Shown here: positions 12,024 through 26,200 of the stretch, in pieces
Numbering within the stretch: position 1 is the stretch's first letter
Layout of the letters: each line of letters begins with the position of its first letter
Origin: Phoronis australis
Taxonomy: Eukaryota; Animalia; Phoronida
Direction of reading: 5' to 3'
Assembly (NCBI GenBank): GCA_002633005.1
Contig: NMRA01000170.1
Location: forward strand, 406,129-470,128
Length of the DNA: 64,000 nt
Program-made: the position numbers and the translations under genes
The notes under the pieces: generated by a model
Databases searched by the model: none
What the model saw: only the letters and a program-made list of their open reading frames with translations
What the model was told of the DNA's origin: nothing

Positions 12024-14326
12024 GGCTGACTGTTTACTGAAAGCGCCAACAGATGCGGACACTGGACAACTAATTGATCGTGAATCCGATCAGGACAGAT
12101 GGCATAGCGACTAAATTATACCGGGTAACTATACGTTAAAGCGATTCACGACGTGTAGCCTGTACACAGTTTTTCGTGTGCACATCCGCGTACTTTTGAG
12201 AGGGGTGTGCAAAACGGGTGAATTTTCATAGACATCCTACCTATGGATTGTTCAACCTTGTTGTAATCATGTCATGAATGTTTGCAAACAGAAAATTGAA
12301 TAAACAAAAAATGTAAATAAAAGAATAAAATAAATGCAGACGTGCGCAGGCCGCGCATGTGAACCCCATTGCACTGATCACCTGAAATTGTAAATTATGT
12401 AAGGAATTACTCACATCTAATTTTTTACTCGAAATCCAACTCCAAATTATTTTTGGCATGTCCCATTCTACTATTGTGCGAACTCATGACAAGTGTCTAT
12501 TTTTCTACACCACAGGAACAGAATCAGCTCCACACACAAAGAATCTGTACCACAGAGGCTGAATAGTTTTTGAGTGCAAGGTAAGTATTTTTGTAGTCAT
12601 TTCAGTTCAGGTAACGGGGCACTGGTTATTTTTACGTGATAAAGAGTTCTCACGACGAGTGCTGCTTTACGGGGGGTGGTAAGGTACTCCCCTCCGTGGT
12701 AAGTGATCTGAATCCGCGGTAAAGGTAATATTTTCATCCTGAGTTACTCTAAGACTCACTTTTAAACTGTACACTTAATACTAAGACGGGAACAGACTTA
12801 ACAATTTCCCTGCTAAAATAAAAATTATTTAGAAAATCTGGCCGTGTGACACAAACGGCTGAACATGCACATACATGTAGAACATTCATGTGATTGTAAA
12901 TGACTCAGGAACATCTGTATGAGTAAACAGCTAGTAGTGTCTAGGTTTATTAGAACTGAACAGGCGAAGGTACAACTTCAGGTCCATTTATCATCATTTT
13001 TGACTTGTTGATGACCCATACACTAATTTCATACATTGCAATCCAAATCATGTTAATAAACCCCCACTCCTTGAAGATCAAATATCTACTCGGTTCACGT
13101 TACATCTTTAATATGAATGCAGTCTACTACATATCTAACCCATCTCCTATGCTGAGTTTTCCTTCAATTTTAATTTGATAGAAACTTCCGAGCTCTTTTA
13201 AATTCGTATAAGATTTACACACCCGCAATAAATGTTCGATCCCAGAAACGACCTTTGATTTAAAGTGACATATCGGCGATGATAAAACATGAATAAAATG
13301 CACCAGACCTGAAAAGAATTAAAGGCATCTATCGCAGACAATCAACAATTGTTCAGGGATCTTCGTCAACAGTATTTAGATTTTCTCGCTTATCTTTTTC
13401 TTTTACTTTTGCGCGGCCTATTTGCACTCAAAATATTAAAATTTTGGGGTAGGCCAAGTTTTGGGGCATTCTGTAGGTAGGAATTGCATGTAGGCTCAAT
13501 AAATGTGGTTTGTTTGTGTTTGTGAATATGTTGAAAGCGAAAAGAGACCACTTGTTCGGCTGTAGCTGCACTCTTCTTCAAGATGGCGGCCCCCGTTGTG
13601 CATTGCTGGGTAGCGACTGAGAACTTAAAAGTTCCAATTCATTCAAACTCTTACTCTTAAGAGCCCAAAACTGTGTTTGAGGTTCCAGGTTCCAGGTTTC
13701 AAGAAAATGAAACCATACTATTATATCAAAATCGTGGTTCTAGACGCTGAAGCCAATGAAACAGAATGAAACAATACAGTGACGGTTCCCACATAAGTAA
13801 ACGGTGTCAAGACGGAGCAACTGGATTAGTATTTTATTATTTTTGTATCTATCTGGGTTACGTATTACGATTGTGCTTGTACACCTTTCCAACATTTGGT
13901 GCTCTTACTATATACAATTTTATTGTGACTTTGGTACAAAAACATGTAATTAAGCATGTTGGTCACATCACGTGCCTCACTGCACCGAAGACGACAAGCT
14001 TCAGTGAAAACTCCAGGCGATCCTTTTCAAGCTGGAAAGTACGTCGCTATGCTCAAGCTGACCAATGGCCTCAGCCCACTGGCTTGGCCAATATCATTCA
14101 AGCTTCCAAACAAATTGTTGACCAAGCTTAAAAAATAGTTGTCACACGATGTAGAATTTCCTTGCTCCTTGTAATCACATGCAGCTACGAAAACCCAGCC
14201 CAAAAAGTCTGTCCTAATGCAAAACTATTAGTGTACTATTTTGAAAGTTGGATCTGCACCACGTGAATATTAGAATTAAACATTGACATTAATTTGTGAA
14301 CTCGTAAGTCATATTATATATAGATC

Positions 14327-14555
14327 ATTACATGTTCTCAGTCGTTATCCCCCGTATTCTAGAGCCCTCGTGGATTTTGGATAATTTATACCACATACTG
14401 AACGAGAAACATTGCACTGAATCGATCTACCTTTCTTGACTCGCCTCGACTTTGTAACTACTTTCTATGTCAGAGGCCCGGGGCCGGAGGTCGATAATTC
14501 TCCAACATCAACTCGGACTCTAGAATACGGGGGATAACGACTGAGAACATATAAT
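14327..14555. mobile_element. MITE, about 230 bp
   Basis: About 38-bp TIRs ATGTTCTCAGTCGTTATCCCCGTATTCTAGAG / CTCTAGAATACGGGGGATAACGACTGAGAACAT; related pieces at 2171-2304, 4661-4702 and about 20885-21010. Confidence 0.8.
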
Positions 14556-16977
14556 AATTCGGCTATATAAGAGTAATGAATTCACATGAAAAAATGACAA
14601 GCAATGTTATAGTTTTAAATTTAATGTCATAACAGTATTGCCATGCTACACAGATTACAAAGTCAGTTTTGAGATTTTTCAGCGACGTTATTCTAGATGA
14701 CTGGTATGTGGCAAGCTTGAATTATATTGCCGATCAGCAAGCTTATTTCAGCTTGAAGAACAATGGTCACCAAGAGGGCAAGGTTTTTCAAACTTGGACT
14801 TTAGTGTTGAAAAAGATGACTGGCTCAACGAGTTTATTCAAGGTTTTTAGACATACTTTAAGGCTGTGTACATTTCAGTTGAACAACCTTGTTTAAGCTC
14901 ACAATGTCAGCAAGGGAGAAAGGAAATACAAGGTTAGAAAAAATGTTAAATAAGGGAGTCTGTCACATGAAATAAGCTAATTGCTTAAAGCCTGTTAAGT
15001 ATCGTAAAGACTGAAAAGATCTCTGTCCCGAAGGTGCTTAATGGTTTAATTCAAGGCAGCAAGAGTAAATCAGCCTCAAATTCGACGACAATGGGGAGAT
15101 GATTGCCATACATTCTCACGAAAGAGGCCCCTGGACTATGTGCATCAATTAAGTGGAAAGCTCACAGCTATGAAATTTACTTGTCGTGATTATCGCTGTC
15201 GGCGGTCCTTCGAAATGTAAAATAAAAATAGTCTTATTTTTCCCGTGGTTTTATTTACCACTTTGGCTTCAACAAGGGGCGTCCAAACCCATATCTGTAT
15301 CCGCTCAATGTTAAATCAAAATTAAAGGCAACTACGGGGGTGTGGCATAAGTCAAATACGTCTGAAAAAGTGAAAAGTGTTGTTGTCTTCTTGATACCAA
15401 ATACCATCATGTCAGAAAATGTAGGTCAGTCGTGGTCCTCTCGATAGGACTACATCTATAACATTTCATGGTCATTCAAAGGTATTGGGGTGTATTAATC
15501 TCAATAGCAGCACATCTACAAAATTTCATCCACCGAGGGTGTGGCGATGGAAAGGCAGATGTCAAAAACTGGACATAAAATAATAAAAACATTAAAGCTG
15601 ATTACTAACACGCCACTAGGAGCGCAGCTGCAGTTGAAAGCGTCATTACCTACATAAAAGAAACATTTATGCAACAAGCTTTCACCAGTATCCAACAAGG
15701 GGTTTTGGTGACAATGCGCCCACGGTCCCATAAAAATCCATTGGACAACCATAATGTGGTTCTGCTAGTTTGCTTTTCAATTATTGGTGTTGGCTGCAAA
15801 CAGAAAAACATCAAAAAGAATGTCCTAACAATTTATTAAATAATCATATGCAATTACAAATATTCTAAAAATCATTAACAAGAAGTCCATTCAGGGCTTA
15901 AGATAAAGATGTACAATAAATGTAACACCTAATTTACCAAGAAAATCCTGGGGCAGCCTTTGCCACAATTTTTGTTACTTCCAAAATGATTTCATTGCAC
16001 TCAACTGCTGACAAAATCCTTTTACCAATAGCTCATGGGAGCTGGTGAAAAACAACTCACCCTGGAGTAAACAGTTGTTTTTGCTTCTTTATGTATTAAT
16101 CCTACTGGTAGCAAAATTAGGATAAAAGACACTGGCTATCTGTATCTATAATAATTTCAAAAATAGTTGCTCAGAATACAAACAGATCTCTGTAGATCCT
16201 GCACTTGAAAAGTCCCTCAGAATATCAACTCATCCTAATAGGTCTCACTTTTAAAAATACCAAGAGGGGCACAGATTGACTTGAAAAAACTCAAGAAGTG
16301 ATAAAGCACAGATCCACTTGAAAAGTCATGAAATGATAAAGATAAAAAGTCAAAAAATACTTCCTTATTTGATTAAACACAAAGAAGAGAGGGCTTAAGG
16401 AGGATTTTGTGAGGCAGTCTACCTGGCCATTATACAATCCGTGAGGAATTAGATCTTTGATGCTTAACGACATCTTTATTCTCCACCATATTTTTGAGAA
16501 TGAACACTTGACCTATTCTGACCACCATTTTGTAATTCAATAAATTTATCACTATGTCATCATAATGCATCAAACATAACAACTGAAGATGGTAAATTCA
16601 ATCAAATGCTTTTGCCTTCTCCACACAGAGGCCAGTTTGCGGAAATGTGTTTTGAAATGAGCGTCCAAGAAACTGGCCACATAATTGGTGGCAACATCCA
16701 TTGGGAGGTCGAATACTCTAAGACTTGTACTAGTTAAATATTGATGCTAAATTAAAAAACAAAAACTGCTTGTCTTAGTTCGCACCACTTTCATGGATGT
16801 TTTGCAGACTGTTCGGGGAAATTGAAAATAATTTATGCAAAATTCACATATCACTTATTTCAGAAGACTAATTCCGCAAATGGACATCTGTGTACAGATC
16901 AATGCTTGCACAGATTAACTTTTTGTTGAGTACAACAAAACCTGCATTTGGCACTACTCATTTAGGTATTAAGGCCA

Positions 16978-17230
16978 TCAGTTTCTGATTTTCACTGAGG
17001 CGGAATATTTTTTCTTTAATGCTTCGTATTTGTAATACTCATACGATGTCGATGGCAAAACAGTAAAGGTGCTTGATGTGCCTGAGAATGGAGTTTTGTG
17101 ACCAAACAAGGACTTGGACACCCCAAAGTGGCGTATGCGATATGTTCCTGCAGCCTGATGAGCGGGTATGTCCCAGCGAATCGTGGCAATGCTTTCACCA
17201 AGAATGGTGCTCGTTCTTTGCCATTTAAAT
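16978..17230 (-). CDS. ASAH2: Neutral ceramidase exon 16, terminal (FKW...WDIP...GTYRIRHFG...FSGTSSTFTV...stop)
   Basis: CAG acceptor, in-frame TGA at 16978-16980. Confidence 0.88.
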
Positions 17231-20200
17231 CTGCGAGTGAAACAAAAAAGAATGACTAATACATTTGACTAATACATTTGACTAATACATTAAGTATTTT
17301 AACACACTTTCCATTAAAGCAAGCAAAGGTTACATTTTTACAAAATTTAAAACCAAATAATGCATGTGTACAAAATTGTGAAGCAATGAATACCATACAA
17401 AAAATAAAGCATGAGATAATTTCACATTATTCTCAACAATTTTAAAACTACTATGTTCACTTAACGAGGGAAATTTCATAAATTGCAGCATTTTACAAAT
17501 AATTTTCTAAAGTCATGTAAAGTGAAGTTTCTTGTACTTTAAATATGGCTGCTGCCATTTTGTTGGTGAAACTTACAAAGTCTCCCAAGCACTGTCAGTG
17601 TAAAGAACATCCCACTCTCCCTTAGGGTTCTTCTTCTCCACCGTCAAATATGTTGACTCAGTCTGAAATGACAGTTACAGTAAATGAAAAGACGCATGGC
17701 ATATCGTGGCTCACGCTTAAAAGTCTTCACTGTTGTCTCCTGTGATGATGGTAAAAACGAGAGAAGTTTGATACTAGGAGACAGTTAGTTAGTTGAGCAT
17801 AATGTTTCAAGCCAAGAAGTCAGGTTCTTAATCGCATGACTGTTCTTCCCGCCTTTGAGAAACTGGAAGTAACACATGACCGTAAATATGAGGAAGTTGC
17901 AGACCCTGGTCACATTAAAGTGTGGGTTGCACTGCTTAATGTAAATGATCTCTTTGATCTTACAGGAGTGTCAATGTTCCTCTCTGAATAAAGCTTATGT
18001 ATTGTCCAAAGAGGCCATTTACATTAAACAGTACAACTGCCCACTTAACAGTGACGACAATTTCCTCTTATTTACATACAGGTGTTGCTTCCGGTTTCAC
18101 AACAGCGGGAAAAACAGTCATGTGATCAAGGGCCCGAGCTTCAGGCTTGAAATGTTATGCTCAACTAATTAAATGTCTCCTAGTAAGTAACTTCTCTCAT
18201 TTTTACCTTATCATGGCTCAATTAAACAAAATTTCCAATAGTTCATAATTATGCCAAGGAATCTTGTGTTTACGCTAGAGCTGTGCGGATGTTTTGGTCA
18301 AGGTTTTAATGAAAAGTACAAACATGCAAAGACTCACACATGCATTAGCAAGGCATATGTTGGCAGTGTTGAGGCTGCACAAAATGTGTGAAAGCCCAAC
18401 TTATAAATGGTTGATTCATTGAAGTCATGTCATCGTCAACTATTTAAGATAAATGTGAATGCAGTTTATTTTTGTTTTGATCAAAAACTCCATTTTAGAT
18501 CTTCAAATTGAACGAGAATATAAATCAGATGATAAACACTGAATTTTCACTAATTTAACATTTTCAGCTTTGTTTTTGTTTTGTTTTGTTTTGTGTTGTT
18601 TGAGACAATAGAATAACTACACTGAAATATCAATCTTCACTTTGCTATTTATCAAATTATCATCTCGTTCCCCCAAACATTACATGATTTGATTAGAAAA
18701 GTTTTGGTACACCAAATGAGGAATATTACAGGTGTACCGTTAAAGTTGAACACTAAAAATACCATTCTGAGTATTTGTATGACTCAAAGAATCCTTACAG
18801 GGGGTTCTATGGGCAGCTTCGTCTCATCCTACCTAATTTACATACAACAAACACCATGTGCTCATGAGTGTGGCAGCTCAGTTGTGTCATACACTGCTAC
18901 ACAGAGGTCTAGCTACCAAGGATTAAGTTCACATGCCATGTTGGTTCTCTGCAGTGAATTCTGGGATTGTCTAGTAATAACATCAACTGAAGCTGTATCA
19001 GGACATGGAGGTCAAGATACGCTACTTATTGGCTTATTTAGCACATAATATTGCCAAAAAATGAAATTCTATTTGTCAAATTCTTCCACAAAATGAAGAA
19101 TAAGAAAATTATTACTAGCATAGTTTGTACAGTGCAGACGTCATCAAACAACTTTTGGTACTAAGTTTTCCATTAGTTGCAGTAAAGTAACCAGCCTTTT
19201 AAAAATGGAAAAATGACGATTTTGAAGATTGTTTTTGTGCAAGATAAGAAGTAAAGAATCAGCATGATATGAGTGAGTAAGCAGAAAATGATTTAAGAAC
19301 TTACAAACTTGAGAAAATTCTCAGAGTATACCCTTAAGCAGATGTAAACTCAGATACATCGATGCAAGAGCCATTCAATATGTCAAACTCTCACTCTTGA
19401 CTCGAGATACAACCTGTGACTCACCAATAGATCATTTCTGGGGCTAGCACTGACAAACGTGACGGAGACCGAACTGCCCGGCAGGTACTTGGGTAAAACG
19501 TCTGTTATGACATCACCAAATTTCTTGCCAAAAGGTGTCCCATCCATGACAACAGGGGGTAAGAAGGAAAGTTGCTTACTCCAGTAATTGGGCGGACTGG
19601 GGCCTGGGTAGAGATGACCGCCCTGTTGATAAAGATGATCAAGATGATAAAAGTATAATCACCATTGATTAACGTAACACCAATACAAAAAATGCACTTG
19701 CAGACATTACGTGAATGATCTATTTCATCTCAATGCTTCCACCAAACAAGTCTTAAAAGGAGGTATAACAAAGAAGGTAACAGCCACACCACAAATTACC
19801 ACAACACCGCAATCACGCAGTATTTACCAAGGATAATGAATATGTCTGGCACTTGTCTCATTGCAGCTGTGCTTATTGCAATTTTACATCAAAATTAAAT
19901 CCGCATTTGTGATTCTAATGCCAATAAAGTAGTACTGTTGTACAGTGAGTTGCAATCACACATGAATTTGTCCAGCTTTGTAAGGTGTGATATATCACTT
20001 GTCTGAATCTGAAATGCATCAACCCCCCAACCCTTCAAAAACTAAGCATTCAAGGTTTGGCTATTTAAAGACCACAGGGGGTAAAAACAATTATCTCCCC
20101 AGCCATACCATAAACTCTTGTTAAGCTGAGTTTACCCCCTCCAAGCCTAAAATGAGGGAGAGAGTTGAATTCAGAACATGGGTATTAATGAGAAGGATTC

Positions 20201-23200
20201 ATAACATCATAGGTGGCCCGAGCACATTCATATGGCCAATCAACAACACTGCCCTAACACAGGGCTTAGGGTGACATAAACAAACACTTATATCTGAGCA
20301 AAAGTGAAACTACTCACGGAGGCCATGGCACGGGACAAGTTGCGAAATGCATCGATGTAAATCTCCAAGGTGTGTGGTCCAAAGATAGTGGAAGCCCCTT
20401 CGTAGCGCTGAATCTAGTCAATGACATATTAACAGAACGATCAATCAACGGTATTGTGAAGGAGACTTCCACACGAAAACACTAGAAGTTCTTGAAAAAC
20501 TCTAATATTAACACTGAAAAGCCTCACAGCTTCTAATGTGATAGACAGTTTTGATTTTACAGTATATTTTGTATTTGTGTTGCTACTCTCCAATACATTG
20601 TCGTAATAGGTGACTTTATTCTCCAATACCAGCCTGAACATTAAGCAAATACTGAGTAATAACCCATTACGTTATTCCCTGTAGGAGATAGCAGTTTGGC
20701 AGGAAAAGGTGACAAGTTGTGATGCTCTATAGAGGGCGCTCATGTGTGTGGTATGATCTACTAATAGGGATGATGGACATCTATCACAGCTGAATAGGGA
20801 TGATAAAACGTCAACCACAAAATAAGTTGGATATTTTTTATGTTTTGCAGAATTTATTGCTCAAAATGGAAACTAATTAGATTATTACATGTCCCAGACA
20901 GTTATTTCCCCAATATCGTCCTCTTGTGGGCTAGTAGCCATCGGATGACAGTTCCTCCAAATCCCACTAGAGGGTCTAGATACGAGAAGTAACAGGCTTG
21001 CTTTGTAATAATCAACATTTACATTGGCTACGTGTATCTCATTTTGCTAAAGGGTAAGAAGCTTCACGGACCAATAAACAATGTAATTTTGAAATTTGAC
21101 AATCTCTGATGAAAAATCAAAAGACAGTCACTTTCTAACAAATTCCATGATACATGTCTCTAATTATCAGACACTCACATGGAAGACGTTAATTCGCTGG
21201 CATCTTTCTGTGTGTGCTGTCAGCTTCACCACAGACATTTTCTACTAATCATTAGTTATGAAACAACACTGCATTTACAAGATTCAAGACGTTAAATAAA
21301 CTGATCATTGCGATCATCACAGCAGATGAAGATGATAGTTTTAAAGAAACAATTGCCACTTTAAGGCAAGGATGACAGATGAAAGACCTGAAATGTGTAT
21401 AACCAATGATTTTACCTGATACTCTTCAAATGTGGTGATGTAGTCTGAATAGGTGTTGGATAGGCCAGCAATGACCGCCTTGGTGTCGTTAGAGAAGCCC
21501 CCCGACAACAGTTCCTTGGTAACAGCATCACGAGTACGCCGACCAGACATCGTACTGGCAAGCAGACGTTAACATGACTTAAAAAATCTTCAACGGACAT
21601 TTGGCAAGTTTCAAAAGCTCACTAAGTTTTTGCCAGTCATGTTTAAGACCAGCTCCTGTCTCTCCCTGGTCATCTTCAGCTTTCTTAAAAGAACGAGCTC
21701 AACTGTGTCGTACACTCATGGTGATTAATGACGAGCACTTTGTTGGAAATTTTAAGCACATGGTGGGATCTAAATCAGGGAGATTGGTGACAACAGGACA
21801 ATAGATATTAGAAATGATATTGTTGCTACATCATCACCTCAAAGCAGTTTCAGGAAGTTGTTTCAAAAGGTTATAACATTATGTTTCAGTTATATCTTTT
21901 CACAACAGGGGGAGAACTCTAAAGATTAGTCTGGGCACTTAAGGGATCGTGAGACTTGTCTGTGAAATAAAATGTTTGTATAAAACTGCACCTACATAAA
22001 GGCCAATATCAGCAGACACTGCACATATGAACAAATTAATGAATTTATTTATTATGACAGAATAAACAAGTTATATACAATATCTGAAAAATAACACCCA
22101 GCCCTTTGGGCTTTAAGTCACTGTTATAACTTAAACAAACAAACATTGTGTGCATTTCGAAAATGCAGAAAGCTCTCTGAACAAGTTAACCATTAAAAAT
22201 TTTACTTTACCTAAATCAGAAAAAAAATCTGCCGCATTTTATAATGATGCTTCAGTAGATTTATAAATCAACAGAAACACGAGAGCCATAGTTGAAACCT
22301 TGGTGCCACAGAAATTACAAAAGGTTTAGTACTCCATTGCATTACGATTCTTACTGTACACCTGTTGCTTAACAAGTTATTTAAGTATTTTCACCGGATT
22401 ATTAGAATCTTTCTGTATAAAAATAGTAGCCAGAAACACACAAGCTGGAACAAGACTGAAAGAGCCAACAAAAGTGTAGCAATGTTAGAAGAACACCGTG
22501 GATTCCAAGTGGTGTCCAGTCACCTTAGGTATGTGAGAATTCATTAGGTGCTATGTATCACTTCCCAACCCACAGCTAACTATGAAATTCAATGCTTTTT
22601 GCTGGTTGGGATTAGAATCTTCACAATAGCACCTGGACTTTTAGACGAGCTTCCTTTGTTTGGGAATTAGGAGACAGAGATGGTTGTCAGTGATAACTGA
22701 TGCCTGTTTGAGGTAACATTATTTCCTCACTCCTTTTAGACACTGTGGACTATAAAAATTCAACCAGCCATTGAAACCTGAACCTTTCATTGCTTAAACG
22801 GCAAAAATCTGCTGTTCCATTACTGATATATCCCAACCTCTATGTGTAACTTCCTGAGCAACATAATGGGGAATTTAACTTGCCTACACAACCATACATT
22901 AGAGCACTTATCTAAGTAATCTTAATTAATACCCCAAAAGAGTGCAATGAAATTTGAATGGGGGGAACGCATGATGACCAATGTCACAGAATACTACTAG
23001 GCAACTCGAAACATCAAACTCACGTGAATTCTCCAGGAACTGCAATGATGGCCAACTGACCAATCCTCAGGAGCTGCACTGGTACAATGTGAGGGGCCCA
23101 CGGGTACGGAAAGTCGATCTGGACAGCATAGAAAAATTAAAGGGACCCGTAATTAAAGGTGTATTGAGCCATGTTTAGGTAATTTGAATGTTACATTTAG

Positions 23201-26200
23201 GACATACCGTTTCTCAAGCAATGGCGAGTGTTCAATGCTTCGGTTTAATTTTGCGACGATCACAAAAATAGAGGCGTAAAATAACTCTAACACTTCTCAT
23301 TTTCTATTCTTATACTGTTGTTGGACTGGAGTACAATCATAGAATGACATTTCTTAATTCTTGAAAATCCCTTTTAGCACCTCTACTTACCTCACCAGTA
23401 TCCAACAGAATAGGCTTGGGGTGATGACACTCAACCTGCTCAGCCGATGGTTTGTGTAAGATGTTACGGATGAGGTTCCAGAAAGGGTTGCTGCTCGTGG
23501 ACCCTACCAAAAAGAGCAACGATCTTGCTTAACTTTAGAAAATTTTGGTTTCATCTTGTGGAGCCAGTATACCAAAATTCACTGTAACACTGACAGAAAA
23601 CCTTAAAAAATGATGAATATTAACTTAAAGGGTTTGCTTTTTTGCATATAACACTTGACACTTTTTGTTTTCAAAGGCATATTATACTTATTAGTAGAAA
23701 AGGTGCATTATAAAGGCGATGGCTACATAGTGGAAACCCAGGCATCAAAAGATTGTTCCCCTCATTATGGTATCACCCCACTATCTCTTGGTTGTCAGTA
23801 AATAGGTTTCAAACATGATAGGAAGCTGTGAGTCTCTTACCTTGAGAGAAGTTGAACGCCCCTGGTCCATCAGTAGTTCCAGCTGCAAAGCTGTAGCCCA
23901 TGGCTGGCTTGCAACCCTTCAACTAAAGTAGAACACGGTGTCAGTATGAAGATGATTAGGTTGAGATGATGCACAGGGTGACAAGTATTCCACAGATATT
24001 ATTTGTTATATGTTGGGAATATTTTGTCACAGAGGAATTCAGATAATCAAACGATGCCTGCTTTATGTGATGATGATAGTGGTGGTGGTGATGGTGACCA
24101 AGACGATGATGATGGTCATAATGTTGATAATGACTGTGGCTTTGGAAGTAATGATGACGATGGTGATGATGATGGTGACAACAATTATGGTGATACTGAT
24201 AAGGACTAGTACAAAGATGAAGATATTCATGATATGAAAAGTTACTATACGTACAATGTTTCCACCCTTTGCATACACTGCTGCGCCGCTCATGTTTAAA
24301 AACTGATGCCTGAAGTCCACTGGTCCAACCAACTTTTTTGTAGCAGAGTTCCACAGTTCCTGAAAGATAAGTTAACAAATTAAACTAATCCAATATCACT
24401 AAATCATAGTAAAAATATGCAACCAGCCTTTTGTTACTTTATAAGTTTTACAGTTTAAAGGGAATTTTCCAGCAACGAGAAATACTGAGCAAATATGATA
24501 GTTAAGGAACTGAACTGGAGGTTATAAAATAAAATGAACTGAGTCTCAAAATCTTCAATCAGTTGCCCTTGCATAGATGCAATACACTCGCAAAAACACA
24601 AAATAATGAAGTCTTTGTGAGATATCATCAAACATTACTTGTGAGGCACATGGTCACACTAGCTCAACTCCCAAGATTCTTGCATCTGCACAACTCAGCC
24701 CAGGCCTCTTGCTTTACATCTCGTAGAGTGTAATATTTTAACAGATCAGTTAATAAGTATCAACATTGTCAGATCTTTAAATTGACTATTTTGCAAAAAA
24801 TACAGGTTGCATGTACTCAATAGCTTTGTATGCCACACAACATTAAATTCAATAGTACAATAGTTCAATAGTGTACATGAACCATGTTCAAGAGTCTGAA
24901 TTTCAATTTCTCAAAAGTAAATAATTTTTTCATCCTTGATAGTTTAGAAAATTAGATAGATGTAAAAATACTAACAGTAAAATATCAATTTAGGACACAA
25001 AATGGCCGACAAAAGAAATTTTATTCTGTCACTTTTCCAAAAAATGTACCACTAAAATTAAATGATATTCCATCTTTAAGTTTTGTTCCACAGGAACCGT
25101 TAAACAAATTTTGATAAACTGTGGGCATTCAAAAGAAAGTTAGGTGCTCATGAAAAAGTGTCATTCTGGCTCATAGTTTTTGTCCGAAACTGGTGACATT
25201 TTGCCACAGTCAGTTATCCTCTTAAGAGTTTACAACTATCAGGCACTGGAAGTCAAACCATGATCAGTTTCTGCAGTCTCTTCAGCCAGTATTATGCGAC
25301 TCCAAACCAAAAAGCTTACCTTAGCTTTGTTATACTGGTTCTCGCCAATTATTTTCGTGCTTTCAAACATGTCTTTACCTGGTCCTGATGCTACACACAA
25401 CTCATTCTAAAATACAATTGAAGTTTACACAAATTTAGTGTCGATCTGGGATACCATTTGTTCTACAAAATGAGAAACTGGCATGGAATAAAATGGATAG
25501 CAAGGGATATAACTTCAGGCATAGCTATTAGCACACTGTAGTACAGCAGCTGTTCGAACAGCACCACTTTCCGCCAACCAACACACCAAGGAATACCACT
25601 TTAATATAATTCTCCCCTCTCACACACGCAGTATATTAGACTCACACACCTTGCCATGGCACGTGCTGGTCTTTGTGTCACATGGAAGCCCAGTGTCCAT
25701 ACAATGAGGACCTCTGGTGTTGGGCGAAACGTCACCAAGGTTACTCTGAGCAAAGGCAGCAACAAATGAACCCTAGTGGAGAAGAAAAAGAAGAAAAACA
25801 ATGGATAATGAACACAGTTCACATCATATTGCCTGTGTGTAGAATAAAATAATGTTGTCAATGAACCTAACTTCATTAACACGACTCTTGTATGACATTG
25901 TCTTCAACTTAGTCTGTGTCTGACTTCACTGGCTTGTCTGATACTAGTGTACTGAGGTAATGATGAACCGGAGAGTTGGTGGGACGTGCTTTTGATCTCA
26001 TTGAATTCAGAGGTCTCTAAAGGATTATACCTTTGAATCTGCAGACAAGAAACCATCGACTGCAACATTTTTTTAGTTTAAGACAACTTATAGTACAAAA
26101 ATTGGAATCACAATATTCCTTACCCAGATAAGAAGTTTCCAGTATTTAAATATTGTTTGACTATTTTATTATATGGTACTAATACTGGTGTTATATTCTG

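Noticed and set aside
13579-13590. Perfect YY1-type motif CAAGATGGCGGC suggesting a promoter
   Set aside because: No linked exon or gene could be identified, and the motif is frequent in transposon-derived DNA.
14669-14896. ORF faintly like a hAT transposase segment (LNYIAD)
   Set aside because: Similarity is too weak to support without a profile search.
23956-24378. His-rich, Asp-rich and Met/Ile-rich ORFs resembling biomineral proteins
   Set aside because: They are translations of a (GAT)n microsatellite in ceramidase intron 8, partly overlapping exon 8.
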